Positions 1 to 12,479 are shown, numbered from the whole stretch's first letter. The stretch: DNA of 60,955 nt, filler included, from Sphacelaria rigidula (GCA_964200075.2; 9 parts of 9 records of this genome joined end to end with filler, not necessarily neighbours in it); one strand, 5' to 3'. The notes: generated by a model not told the origin, from the sequence alone. Numbers and translations are program-made.

Positions 1-76
1 TGACCCTAACCCTGACGATAGGGATGTTCAAATTCCGATGCGGTCCTCTAAGCACGCGGTCCTCTCACGCATTACA
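1..76. mobile_element. Right end of a TG..CA TIR MITE carrying telomere-like repeats (same family as 4326-5240 and 12244-12448)
   Basis: CCCTAACCCTGA followed by the terminus CCGATGCGGTCCTCTAAGCACGCGGTCCTCTCACGCATTACA, shared with the other two copies. Confidence 0.8.
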
Positions 77-1477
77 CGCAGTACATTTTTTACCGTGTAT
101 TCTATTGTCCAGGGTATGAGGATAACAAACTCCAATAGTTTGCGGGCAGAAACAACCCGGGGCGACCGGAAGGCACCATATAGTTGTGTCATTAGTACAA
201 TGGAAGGGTAAAATTCCCAGATGATGCACCGCTTCGTGTAAGGGACGCAATGTGAAACCTATACAAGTAGGAGGGGAATCTGAGAGAAAACACAACACTG
301 CCGTCGCACGCAACACGCGAGCATTTTCTGTGGAACTTTTGTGGAGTCCCTGGTTCGATCCACTTTCCTCGGAACAGGGCGATCCGCTACCGAACGCTTA
401 CAAGATTCGACATTTGTACTTTGCATAGCATACTAAGGAATCTTGGAAGCGCAGAGACGCCCCTGGTCGCACCTGCATAGCCTTCCTCTCGCCAAGCAAG
501 GCCTCACACCGATCTTGAAGCACTCCTTGCCCGTCGTTTCGAACTGTTTGCTCATCCCTGGGCTTGTCGTCCCCCTTCCTGCCCTGCTCGGAGAGGCACC
601 AAAGTGTTCAGGGTGGGGAACAACTTGGTTCGGGAACGCCGTGGAATATTGCTCTCCGTGAGTACCGACTGAGCTGCGTCAAAACATAAGTCCCAGGGTG
701 GACTTGGACTCGATGCAAGTTCTGTACACCACGGATAGCGCTTTCAAGTTTGCCACAACCAAGCTCTTGTCACGATCGATACAGCCTCAACTGTACATCA
801 TGTGACACCACATTGTGAACAAAACAAAATGTACTACTGATACAAAGCGGGGTGCTCCCTGCGCGCATAAACCCCATGTTTACCTAGATTTTGTGCATAT
901 TTCACGCGTCGAGTGTCCTTGTGAGAAATCACTGGGCGCGGAGGGTCAGAGCAGACAAGTGCACTTCATTGAAAAGTCCAAATCCTCCCGACCCAAGCTC
1001 TTCTTCACACCATACCCACGCACCATCTACTGTCCCTATCACCCCGCATCTCCAGCCGAGTAATCAAGCCATAGTCTGCCACGTCGCATGCGAACGCACC
1101 TCAGCCGTTGTGTTCGGACGTGCCGATTTGTGCCCTGGATGCCCCCTACCCGATGCACCACTGCTCTCGTCAACACCAACGTTTGCACCTGGCATCTGCG
1201 CTTGGGTTCGCAGACGCGAGTTTTCGATCCTGAGCTCGACAAGTTCATCGTTGACGCTCTTAATGTGGTCCTCGGGGAAATCTTTTTGCTCGGATGCCTG
1301 CGGTGGTTGATTAGGTTGCCTCGCCGACAAGCTGGTCGGGAATGGTGCACCGAAGGGGGGGGGGGCGTTGCCGGATACCCTTGTTTATATGAGATTGGCA
1401 GTAGGGTGAACCTTAAACCTTATGGATCATACACATCGCATGGAAGGTCCGCAAGCGTGTAGCAGTAAAGTAGGTCG

Positions 1478-2600
1478 TTAGGAGAACATGAACACCAGGT
1501 AAACGTGCACTAGAGGGTTCAGGAGCGTGTCGAAGAAGGCAAGTGTAGCAGCAGGCGCTGAGGATAGGACGTAACTTGAGCATCTCTGTCCTTCTTCTGA
1601 CTGCAGAATGAACGTCGGTGCCCCAAACGATACCGAGACCCTTGTCTTTTGTGTCAACATACTCTTAACGACCAGCTATTACCTGCGCCTCAAGCGCTGA
1701 ACTTCAGTTCGGAGGGCGGCCTCGCTTCTAGCTCGTGCGGCCGCCTCTACCCTCAGTCCATCCAGCTGTCGACGTAGGATTGCATCGACACCTCCGTCCT
1801 ACGCGAATCAGCGCGTTGGGCAGCCGTATTGGATAAGTGGGGGGGGAAATGAGCCGTATAATGACGTAGCTGTCACCTCCGATGGCCTTTTGTTCTGTTT
1901 TCTTCGCCAATATACACTTTCTGGGCAATGTTGTACTCAACCGATGCCCGAAAAACCGAGATATTTGTGTTTTCATGTGCGACCGCAACAATATGCTCTT
2001 CTCCGCAGGTTCCGTCGTTGAGGTCCTGTACCTTCGAAAATTCATCGCAAAAGGTGTTTTACATCATTTACAGCACCGCCAGTGCGTCGCATTCTGCTGC
2101 CGCGGTATCTGTGATTCCTTTTTCGCCAATTTGCAGCAATGTACATACCTGATGCATACGTGCCACTCTAGCTTCGATCTCCGACTGCACCAGCCGCTCC
2201 AGTTTTTCTCTCAGTAGGTACTCCATCGACACTTTGTCGGTCTGCACTTCTTCGAGGTCTTCCAATAACCTATACAAATCGGTGAAAAATATCGGTCGGC
2301 TACACTTGATGATACCCTTTAGATTACACTCATTGTGATAGACGAGGTACGGTCTAGCGGCTCTGGTGTGTCCGCGCGGACAAAAGTTATCAAGGTACGA
2401 TATCGCGTCGACTGAGATACGAGCCCTGCTGTCAAGATGACGAAGTGTAGAAACACCCTGCTGGCAACTTTCGACATTCGGCAGATGGAAGTCTTTCACT
2501 CACACCTTTCAATTCAGGACATTTTTTGTGCTCATTTTCCGGGTTTCTACATGCTACTGTCAAGACTCGTCAACGAATCAGTACTGAAAACCGTTTCAGC
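1478..2600 (-). mobile_element. Degenerate Ty1/Copia RT-RNase H remnant
   Basis: LRHLD...LVYHNECNLKGIIKCSRPIFFTDL resembles Copia RT (HLDV...LNKSLYGLKQSSR). TRVSVS...QRCSSYVLSSAPAA resembles RNase H (RRSVSG...QKCVTLSTTEAEY). Contains stops and frameshifts. Confidence 0.55.
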
Positions 2601-2777
2601 ACAACAACAGGAGAAGGTATAGCACACACTAAACAAAGTTTTTACTGTCCAATAGGGATACAACGACATCTCCTTCACAACACCAGCACATTACCGTAGA
2701 CAAAGATCCCCCGTCAAACCCTGAGGAGAGCGTACCCCGACACCAGACATAGCACCCTACGCACGAAAGAGGCCCAC

Positions 2778-3373
2778 CTTTCATTATGGGAGCGACTAGA
2801 CTCGACGAGCCCCTCCAATTCTTCTATTTTCTCCCAAGCATTCAATAGTCTGATCCCTCCTTCCCCCTGCCCAGCTCCACTACCTTGTCCGTCCCGCACC
2901 GAACCGTGCCGCCCACCACCAACCCCGAGGGCAGTATCCTCCCCTCGTCCCTCCCCACCCCCTATAGATACGCCTTCTGGCAGCGCAATACCGCCAGCGG
3001 CTGAGGCGGCGGTTCCGGTGCTGAAAAGCGTCGGCTGCATGAGCGCATGCGGCTTGAATCGCCGACATGTGACCAAATCTTCTTCCAGCAGGCGATGACT
3101 ACCAAGTGGGGCGACCAACTTCGGCTCCACTGTAGCTACCCCGTTGACCCTCGCAACCACGTCCGGGACACTTGAGTTCGCGGGAGCGTGTCTGCTGGTA
3201 GTCAGATTTGACGAAGAGGCTTCGGGGGACGGTGCGTGATGAGCAACCGCCTTTTGCCGCAGACTTTCCGCCGGGTTAGGGTTCGGGTGCGGAGCCGTCG
3301 ACGGGCGATGTATCGCTGCAGGCGGTGATGGTTGTGCAGGTGATGCAGGCCCCGCGCGCCAGCCGCCGATTGT
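2778..3373 (-). CDS. Internal exon of an unknown protein (Pro/Ala/Gly-rich, ending in coiled-coil-like EKIEELEGLVESSRSHNE)
   Basis: GC-rich open frame bounded by ccag| acceptor and AG|gtggg donor, inside ORF 2714-3490. Confidence 0.6.
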
Positions 3374-4154
3374 CTGGTGAGACGAATTGGGCGAAACGCG
3401 CAGGGATATTTGATAGCGAACACACTTGACGAGGTTGATCGCCGCTATTTCAAAGTATAGACAGTTACCTATAGTAAAGAGTACGCCCATGTAGTAAAGT
3501 GACAGCTACTTGTTTGTAGTAAAGTATAGACGAGGTTGATCCAAAACTACATAATATGTGCAGGTAACGACCGTATCTCTTTTTTCACCTGAGTCGGTGG
3601 TGAGCGCTCTGAACCTCCTTCGGCACCCCCGTCACCCGTATGTAGCATTAACGCCTTCTGCAGATGGAACAATTGCTGGGTGCGCATGTCCAGGGCATCC
3701 TCCAGCAGCTACGAGGATTATAATTTTAAAGGCATGGCGTCAGTGCTTACTGTGTGCCGACTTCGATCCACTTCTGCTATTGCGGGACTGCATTGGGCAC
3801 AACTTCAGGTTTTGGTGTGCTGCACGCACGCGAAGAAAGTCTTAGTGACGAGTCAGTCGTGTCTACTTTCGATATTCTGTGGCAGTAGACTTACTCTCCC
3901 AGCCGGCAATTCCGACAACTCGAACATTCAATCAGCACGGGAAAACGCACGGAAACCGACAAAAAAAGCAGATGGCGGCTTCAACCTCGTTCTCTTCCTC
4001 ATCCTACGTGGGTTGTAGGTTACCCTTCTTCGGCAGAATGTCTGTGCCAGTATTCTAATGAGTTGTTCCATGAGTGCAAATATCGGGTCAAAGGCACGGC
4101 CGGAAAAAATACATAACGGGTTGAGAGTAGCGATCGGGACGAAGCTGTACTCAC

Positions 4155-4202
4155 CTCCTGATGACTTGCGTTTGCATCCAATTCATCATTCAGAGCAGAG
4201 AT
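4155..4202 (-). CDS. 48-nt exon (ISALNDELDANASHQE), probably the upstream exon of the same gene
   Basis: Pyrimidine tract plus cag| acceptor, GAG|gtgagt donor, phase 0 matching the next exon. Confidence 0.55.
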
Positions 4203-4325
4203 CTGCCGACAACGAAGCGCAGGGGGGACAGTGGCCAAAGGAGGGCAGGATCCGAGGGAAAGGCACCCGGAGGAAGAGGAAGAAGGAAGGGTCAGTAGAT
4301 GGCGCAATTCATTTCTTTGCAGCAG

Positions 4326-5240
4326 TTTAATGCGTGGAAGGACCGTGTGCTTTTTGAACCACATCGGAGTTCAAACAACCCTATAGTTAGGCTAGGTTAG
4401 GGTGAGTGTTACAGTCCTACGCCAAAAGAAGAAAAAAAACGGAACAGAATCCGACATCTTTTCGCCCCAATACGCACACCGCGCAACCCCAGATTCAGCA
4501 AGATGGGGTTGTTGTCTGTAGTCTACATGACATGTGGTCGAAGTTTCATCACGTAAAAGCACTAACAGCGCTTGCACGGCCGTGTCTCCTGAAGTGAGCA
4601 CCTCTACAGGCGATACCAAGATTGGTACCGCGTACAATGACATCATCCAGAGTGTGCGCAATACGGATCGATGTGTTCGTTTGCCGGGGCAGAAGCCACC
4701 CAGCAGGAAGTGAGCGTATCTGCGTGTCAACATGTGCATCCACCGACGTCTCACGCAGGCTGGGCCGAGGGGACGGCGTTTTGAGGGCGTATCGATGGCA
4801 TTGCCCAAAATCCGTATTTTTCTTCGTGCAACTAGCGCATCACGTAAAACGTGCCGCCACTCCGGGAATATGCTGTCTGTGTTGTGGTCTACCTCTGTGC
4901 CAAGTTTCAGGCTGGTTACAACAGACACGGCGGAAAAATCCACGAGCAAAATAACCCTTGATTTGTACTGAAAATACAGTACTAAACCCTGTTAGACCGT
5001 CCGAAGATACATGAGATGCGTATGATTTTTGTATGCGGGAATCTTGGCACTTGACTTGCTTCTTTCTTTGTTGGCGTAAGACTGGTTAGGGTGAGTGTTA
5101 GGGTGAGTGTTAGGGTTAGGGATAGAGTCAAGGGCGCGGTCTCTGTAGGGACTAGCCCGAGCGGTCTTGAAAAACGCCGATCCTGGGGTATTCCAATCCC
5201 GATGCGGTCCAAAAGGCACGCGGTCCTCCCAAGGATTACA
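4326..5240. mobile_element. Telomere-repeat MITE copy with 5-bp TSD AGCAG, split by a nested insertion
   Basis: TIRs T(T)TAATGCGTGGAAGGACCGTGTGC and GCACGCGGTCCTCCCAAGGATTACA, internal GTTAGGG repeats, AGCAG at 4321-4325 and 5241-5245. Confidence 0.75.
4412..5084. mobile_element. Nested non-autonomous DNA transposon with CAGTC TIRs and apparent 4-bp TSD GTTA
   Basis: CAGTCCTACGCCAAAAGAAG versus CTTTGTTGGCGTAAGACTG, with GTTA on both flanks. Confidence 0.75.
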
Positions 5241-6684
5241 AGCAGCACCAGTTGCAGTTCGACAACAAAACAGGCTAAACGTATATTATTGGTAAACTTT
5301 GGTGCGACGCTACCATACAGGGAGGTCCAAACGACAGAAGACTGCGAAGTGTGGTACATGTAGCGCCAGGCAAACCTCGCAGTGTCGGGATAGTATACGA
5401 AAATCGCTGTTGTCATTGATTAGTGTGCGAACCTCTATTTCCCTCTTTCCATGGAAGATTCTTGGTTCCAGGGGAACAGGGGTACCTCCAAGGCACTGAA
5501 AACGTCCCGAAAATTGCGCACGCACGGCGTCGAAGATTATCTTCGACTGTGGGGTAACTTTAATGAGAGCTACAGGGTATCTCGACGTTTTTCGCAGTGA
5601 TGGCAACGTCCGTCCGCACACATGCCTGATTGACACTTTCGCGGAACGCACAACATAGGAAATACGGTCTCGGACTTCCAACGATATTGTAGCGTCCCCT
5701 CTGAATGCTCGGGTTGTTATTGGGAACCTTCCGTCTGTTTCCCTGTTTTTGAAGGCGGAAAAACAAAAAACGACGATTCTCCTGATTTGTCAGGTTCCGG
5801 AGTTCGTAGCGAATCGGTAAATTTGCAGCGATCCATCAATCAATCAGTTGACCCTTTACCGCACTCCATGCTCCTCCTCAGTCGTCATGACAGGTCACAA
5901 ACGTCCAACATCGTCATGATATCCTCAAGAATGACAACATCGTCCAACGTCCCACCTATTATAGACTCCCGGGTTGGTATCGAGTGTCTCCCGAACGGTA
6001 GTCACACTACACATGCAGTATCCCAACCGTCTATTTCATAAACCAGAACGCAGACCGGATATATAGACATGGAATAACGAAGCTCATCATTATTTCTTTG
6101 CATTGGCCGGAACACAGACCGGACCTGGACACGAAATAACGTTGCCAACGTTGTCCTCTTTCCCGAGATCGAACCAAAATCCAGTCAAGATCATTTTCCC
6201 CATATCGCAGCACAAATAGAATCCATATATATATCCTGGTGTATGTGAACTATACACGGAGGAACGGGACGCGTTGGAGGTGGGAATGTGGGAAGTAACC
6301 AAGGTGACATATATTCGCTTGGAACATAATGTGGGAGCAAGAAAAAGATGGCTATACTAGGAGATAGATGGTGCTCACAGACGGCGAAGCAGGAAGGGGA
6401 TACGATTTGTAACGGATTTCTTTGATTTGTAATGACCGACTTCGATTTTGGTTGGTTGTCGCACTTGGACTCACCCGCCAGGTATCCAGCTGTGGTCAAA
6501 TGATAATGGGCGCCGAACTGTACTGTTGGAAGCATCTCTATTAGGAATGGGAACGGTGCTCCGTCTCGAAAGGGATGCATGGGTCAGAGGTCAAATGACC
6601 AAGGCAAGCAACAAACGAGTACACGCTCACTCTACCGCCACGCTCCCCCCCCCAACCCACCCCGGGGGGGGGGGGGGGGCGGTG

Positions 6685-6784
6685 NNNNNNNNNNNNNNNN
6701 NNNNNNNNNNNNNNNNNNNNNNNNNNNNTTAATTAATTAANNNNNNNNNNNNNNNNNNNNNNNNNNNNNNNNNNNNNNNNNNNN
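6685..6784. other. Artificial contig linker (N44-TTAATTAATTAA-N44). Identical linkers at 13469-13568, 20253-20352, 27037-27136, 33821-33920, 40605-40704, 47389-47488 and 54173-54272
   Basis: Identical 100-nt spacer with stops in all six frames, recurring every 6,784 nt. Confidence 0.99.
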
Positions 6785-7293
6785 CTGGTTGCCTAGCTTA
6801 CGTAGTGAGTGGCGTGTTTTACCGCGTCATCGCCAAGCGACGCCAACCCCATCGGGCGTTGTTGACGAGGGGAGGTATGATCGCGAGAATGCCCTGATCT
6901 CACACTTCACACCGCACGTCATGCTTTGCGTCGTTATCCCCCAAGAACGCGAAGCAGTGTACTTATCCCACAGGCATGACCGTCCCATCATCGAGTTGCA
7001 AACATAAACAAGTGCTATACAGAACCCTCCAGGTGTTTATATCCCGTTACGCGTGTGAGCGTTCTCGCTCTCGACCGGGTGTCGCCCAAATATCACAAGA
7101 AAATACGAGATGAAAAAGTGTAAAGCATGGGAAAAAAACGAACTGAACGAGATTGCACAACGACACCAGCAACAGCGACAGCAGCAGCAATGAGCACGAC
7201 AAAATAATTCAATAATCCAACGCATTAGCTCTACTTCCCCTCTTCGATTTGTGCACGGGAGAGCTCGCATCCACCCCTACTGCGACTTCACAC

Positions 7294-7475
7294 CTTGTCT
7301 CGGAGGCGGGGTAGCAAAACCTCCACCACCCTATCCGCCAGGTCCATCGGCCTTTCCTGCTCGCTCCGCATCTCTGCCCACACGGCACCTACGATCTGGC
7401 AGCACCGAAAGCGTACGGCCTTGTCTGCGGCGATAGATCGCTCCAGCAGGAACTCCACGGTCCGTACGAGGACGT
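7294..7475 (-). CDS. NCAPG: Condensin I subunit CAP-G (Ycg1/Cnd3), HEAT-region exon. Gene truncated at the contig end
   Basis: FLLERSIAADKAVRFRCCQIV...LLPRLRDK matches the CAP-G motifs AVRFRVC and RL.DK. cag| acceptor, AAG|gt donor. Confidence 0.85.
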
Positions 7476-8558
7476 CTGCACCACACAGGATGCGGGAAAG
7501 AAACGAATGAGAGAGTGTGGTCGTACTGTTGCCTGTCTTTTCATATTGATTCCACTCATCTCGAGAAAGTGTTCCTGGATCCATCTACAAAATGAGCACA
7601 TTTGCCGACTCTTCAAGTACTACTGTAGGGTACGACAACGTGCCCTCTGCCATTGGGTCATACTACCATGACGGGTGTGAGCGTTTGTGTGCGTGTGTTT
7701 CGGTCGACTTGTTCTCCATGTCCATATCCACTCGGCGAGAATTCGACATCTCGATGCCCTCCCCCGATTGCGTTCAAATGCACGTAAAAAACATCCCTGT
7801 CGTTGTACTACATGACACCCGCGAACCCTCTCATCTTGGGGTTAAAAAATTACGTTCCACCGTTCCGTGTGGCGACTCTATTGTTGATGAGCAAAATACC
7901 ATAATTATGCGTCCAGACAAACGTTCACCGTTTCATCGTATGCAAAGTACAACCAAGAAAACAAGCAAAACCCTTCACATGACCAGCGACACACGTTCAC
8001 GTGTCCATGTTCCTCGTACGGTTAAAGAATTGTCATGTGCGATTTTTTTTGGCACAGCCGATCACGTGTATTTCCCCACCGGTTGGAATGGGTCCGTCGA
8101 GCGAGCGACGTCGCCATGTCAAAAAGTCTATGTCGGCGCAATACCTGCCGCTTCGGAAGAAAACAAATGCTGTTTTCCTGGTTTCAGTCACGGTTGATGA
8201 GCATCATTATGTTGCGTTTCGAGGAAGTTTTGTTCCGGTTTGGGTCATCGTACACATGACCAGCAGGTGACACATCATCGAGCAGAATTACGCGTGTCTT
8301 TTCATGGTTCAAAGATGGTCATCTGGGACGTGCGCCCGATTCGGATCAGGGGATATTCGTGACTGGTTCAGATGTAGCCATGTCAGAGCTTTCTCCGCAT
8401 ATTGCTGGCCTTGGAAACAACTCCCGCGGTGTTCACTTAACGCTTGTCCATAGAGGAGAGGGGAGGGCGGTAGGGGAGGGGAGGGAGAGGGGGTGGAGCC
8501 CTTGTGGTGCTTTTGTGTACACAGCGAAGGACCGAGCACGGGTTTCGACAGCCCTCAC

Positions 8559-8700
8559 CTTCACCCTGCCCTGCTCCAGGAGCGCCCGCGCTCGAAGCAG
8601 CGACCAGGGCGACGAACAGCACCAAACGTTCTACACCCGCATCGCGCTTGCCGCATACGAGGATACGGGTGACGCAGGTGAAGTACTCTACCCATGCCGC
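8559..8700 (-). CDS. NCAPG: CAP-G exon (AAWVEYFTCVTRILVCGKRDAGVERLVLFVALV...)
   Basis: KR(D/E)..VER...FV motif of the CAP-G N-terminus. Phase 0 to phase 1, consistent with both neighbouring exons. Confidence 0.8.
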
Positions 8701-9373
8701 CTTGAGTGCATCGCAATTGTTGGTATTGATGCATGGTGGAAGGAACGCGAGGGGGGCAACATTCAGGGTGGGGTGTGCGGTGTACGGCGGCGTCGAAATG
8801 TAGCTGAGTCAGTCGCCGTTGCTCAGACACCAAGGACAGTTTCAACATTTACTCTGTTTATAAAACCTGGTTTTCATGCTGTGAAGCAGTGGATACGGTA
8901 CAACAGTACTGCATTGCCACTGTTGCTGATGACATCAATATGCTGAGAGGACGAGACACGACCTGAAGCGTCCAGAGGCGTTCCGGAGTTACCCCTCGAA
9001 GGTAAAGTTGCCCCCAAACCAGACGCCAATCGTGTAGCGAACATGATTGGGGGCAACCTCATATACTATAGTGCTCGTCCATGTTGCCTGCGCGCTGCCA
9101 AACGCAGCTGGGGCATCTGTACGGTCAGGGTAAGCGTATGAGATCGCGAGGCGTACTTCGAGAGAGGCTTTTTCAAAACCAGGCTCATTTACTGTGACTA
9201 CTGCATTCTCCCATGATGATTGAGGGGCAATTTACATGCACAAGTTACCGCTCGCACCAAACCTGCCACGAAGAATCCGCTGTGTTTATCGACCGAGATG
9301 TCGACATAAATGTGTACGAGCGAATGCACCTCGGGACGGTAAAAAGAAGTGGCAACAACTGGGTGCAAGTTAC

Positions 9374-9466
9374 CTCGTGCTTGAAGAGAAGACGGCGAAG
9401 CGAATCGCAGCAGCGCTGATGGCACTGGACCGTCCGCTGGGCCTCAGTGAACAGCTGGCGTACTGC
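9374..9466 (-). CDS. NCAPG: CAP-G exon (AVRQLFTEAQRTVQCHQRCCDSLRRLLFKHE)
   Basis: F..AQ....H pattern of the CAP-G N-terminus. cag| acceptor, GAG|gtaact donor, 93 nt, phase 0. Confidence 0.75.
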
Positions 9467-10190
9467 CTGCGACGCAGTGAGACGGCGTAACGTCAAAAGA
9501 GGGGTGCATCAAGTGAAGCGCTCAACACAGTACATGACAGCACAGTACAGCGCAGCATTCAGATCTTCGTCCCAAAATGAACGCTCACGTGTGGCCTTTT
9601 CAGTAGACACGTGGACCTTTCCTCCGTATGGTACCCATGTGTGTAGCCGTGCCCAAACAATGTGCCCTCCGCATGGCGTGAAGAGGTTCGGCGTACGTGT
9701 GTTCGTCGTTTAATAGCCCGTGTTACTGCTAGATTGGTTTTTGCGATACCCTTCACGAAACTCCCAACTTTCAGGGAAACTGAGAATCCCTGCGCGAAGT
9801 GTGTTCACAAGGCATCAAAGGCGAAGTGTGTTGGCGGATACGCAAATCTGCGCGGTGCGGCGCCGATTCAAGCCACACACGTAATGTGCGCACTCGCGGG
9901 CACTTGCGACCATCAGCTCCCTCAACATCTCCACCTCAGCGTTGACAGTGGACCTTAGGACAACAACCACGAACAATTCGATCAGAACTCGGGGAAGCCT
10001 TCCTTCCACATTGATGCCGAGACACGGAAATTTCGAACCTTCGGGGAAGCAGCCCGTTGGTGTAGCTGAGAGGATGCCAGAAGGGTGTGGGAAACAACAC
10101 ACGGGGCGGTGCGACTGATTGGTATCGCGTGGTGCTGCCCCCCTCCCCCCCCCCGCCCGCCCCAGCTGCCTTGGCCACTGCCGCACTTAC

Positions 10191-10352
10191 AATTACACTG
10201 GGCAGCATGAATAGGAGAGACAGTGCGTGCTGCTGATTGGGTACACAGCTGTCTCTGACCGCTGATTCAACCTCGACGACCTGAAGCCTTCGCTGACAGA
10301 AGCAGTGCCCACCACTCTCGGTAGTGTCTGTACTATAGTTACTCATCGCCAT
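10191..10352 (-). CDS. Possible first coding exon of the CAP-G gene
   Basis: ATG-initiated frame ending at ATT|gtaagt in phase 0. No motif support. Confidence 0.3.
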
Positions 10353-10626
10353 TTTCCACGCTTTGGTTTCTTAGTGGCGCGTAAGTCGTCCATGATTCGC
10401 TGAATCAGCATCATCCGAGGAACCACAAGGCCATTCGAAACACACAGAAGCTGTCGTGGTCCAACACTGGCATATTCATGCGCGCCGAACGAGGGTTGAC
10501 CGTGCCGCGTGACCATCAGTGCCGTCCTTTGGCCGTAGTACACGATAACATTTCGTGTTCGGAAGGAATAACGTGGGGCAAGATCCCGCGAACTTTGACG
10601 CCTTGTGCCACCTTGACCCTAGTTGG

Positions 10627-10880
10627 GAGTGATGCTACGGTAGGGGTGCACAAATATTTTCTGAGGTTAGAATTGTCAGGAGCCCTTCATCTCATGCAAA
10701 ACGACTATGCAAATTAATGAAAGTACGCCAGGATAACTACTGCAATGTGCTGGGGATATCCCGAGTGAATTTGTAAACGGGGATGCCCTGACCCATATTT
10801 ATATGCATCTAGAATCATTGGGAGCCCCTGAACGAGACATAATGTCGCGAAATAAGTGCACCCCTACCGTGGCATTGCTC
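10627..10880. mobile_element. MITE with GAG..CTC termini and 4-bp TSD TTGG (Sola-like)
   Basis: About 25-bp TIR GAG(T/C)(G/A)ATGC(T/C)ACGGTAGGGGTGCAC. TTGG at 10623-10626 and 10881-10884. Confidence 0.75.
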
Positions 10881-11283
10881 TTGGACCCTATTTTAGAACC
10901 AAACGACGAGGTTTTGTGCTGAGGTTCTGGGTACGACTACGACTACGAGTAGAGAGTAGGTGCGTAGGCTTCTGATGGGGAGACAACGCCTACACGAAAA
11001 AGGGCGGTACCACGGCTAACAATATGTTGCAGTACGGCAGTACCGTAAAGCAGCGACCGCGCCAGCAAACAGTTTTGGTAGTGGTGCATGAACTCATCAA
11101 ACGTGCATCCTTCCCAGACTATGGTCAGAAACTGTTGCAAGCCTGCTGGCTCGTTTTTCTGCTCGTTTTACAACACTCCGTCACAGGTCATCCATAGAAT
11201 ATCAAGTTAACCCTTAGACTGCGGTGCGGGTAGTCCATCTGGATCACGCATACTTTTTTCTAGTGAATATTGATGCCGATTCA

Positions 11284-12083
11284 GGGCGTGTCTTGGCACT
11301 TTTTTTTTCGATCGAAAAAACGAGCGGTGGAATTGAGTCAAGTGAAAAATTCTAGTTTTGATGCAGTTGGGTCCGGATGGATCTTCAAGCTTTAATCGAA
11401 AAAAGACAGGTGAAATACGTGAAACGGTACATGGTGTGTACTGTTTGCACTGCTTTCAAGTAGGGTGTCTTGAGTGCGTGTGTGCGTGCTTCGTGCAGAA
11501 GATGAAGGAGAAGCGGACGATGTGCAGTGCAGACAGCCCAACACTATCGGTTCTCTCTGCTTATAATGCGACGTGAAAATAACTTCAGCAACGTGCAGCT
11601 TTGTACTGCCTGCATTGTCCATAAGCGTGCACGCAACTCGGTTGCCCGCCGTACCGCACGCAGTTCCATCGCTGATGACTACCATAAGAGAAAATGCGCA
11701 AGTTTTCGCCAACAAAAAATAAACAAGGCACTACCCAACAGCTGTCGTGTATCTATGCCTGTGCTCAATTCGTGCTCTATGCTGCAGGGTTGCGGTGGTA
11801 GCTGAGAATGAGTTGGACGGAGTTTGCATGGTCGTGTGAACGGGTGTTATATGGCGTAGTAGTCTATAAGACAAGAAGAGTAAAGTGCCGCTTCGTGCCT
11901 TTCGACTGCATGTTTTCGATCGAAAAAAAATGTTTTTTCACTCGTTGCATTCTTCTCCGCGCGCTAGATATCATTTTGAGTTGCAGCCTTCAAGGAACAT
12001 TAATGCGGTGGACCTATCAGATAGGCACAGGAAAAACTTCAATCGCACTTTTTCGATAGGAAAAAAAGTTCTAAGACACGCCC
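11284..12083. mobile_element. Non-autonomous PIF/Harbinger-like element
   Basis: TIR GGGCGTGTCTT(G/A)G(C/A)ACTTTTTTT at both ends. Flanks TCA and TAA approximate a TWA TSD. Confidence 0.65.
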
Positions 12084-12243
12084 TAAGGCTACTCGTTATA
12101 CTTGTCATGTATCGAGAAAATATAACTTGTTGAAAAGTGCTTTTTTTACCCTTCTCCGTCGTGTGTGCCCCGAGAAGAGGGCTCAGCGGATGCTGATACC
12201 TTGGACAGTTCCAGAGCACGTTTGCGTTTTCCGTAGGTCACAG

Positions 12244-12448
12244 TGTAGTGGATGAGAGGACCGCGTGCTTAGAGGATCGCACCGTAGCTCGAAACACCTC
12301 AGTCTCGACGTTTTCCAAAACCAATCGGGCCGGTCCCTGCAGGTACCACGACCCTGACCCCAACACTAACCTTCAACCTGATCCCAACCATAGGGATGTT
12401 CAACTTCCGACGCGGTCTTCCAAGCACGCGGTCCTCTCACGCATTGCA
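12244..12448. mobile_element. Intact copy (about 205 bp) of the telomere-repeat MITE
   Basis: TIRs TGTAGTGGATGAGAGGACCGCGTGCTT and AAGCACGCGGTCCTCTCACGCATTGCA, degenerate CCCTAA units, ACAG on both flanks. Confidence 0.8.
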
Positions 12449-12479
12449 ACAGTTTCGTTCTTGGCCAAAAATTAGACAG

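Noticed and set aside
10343..11160. Possible cullin-like exons (DEFMHHYQNCLLARSLL; LIQRIMDDLRAT) on the minus strand
   Set aside because: The resemblance is faint and I could not build a consistent spliced frame; needs an HMM search
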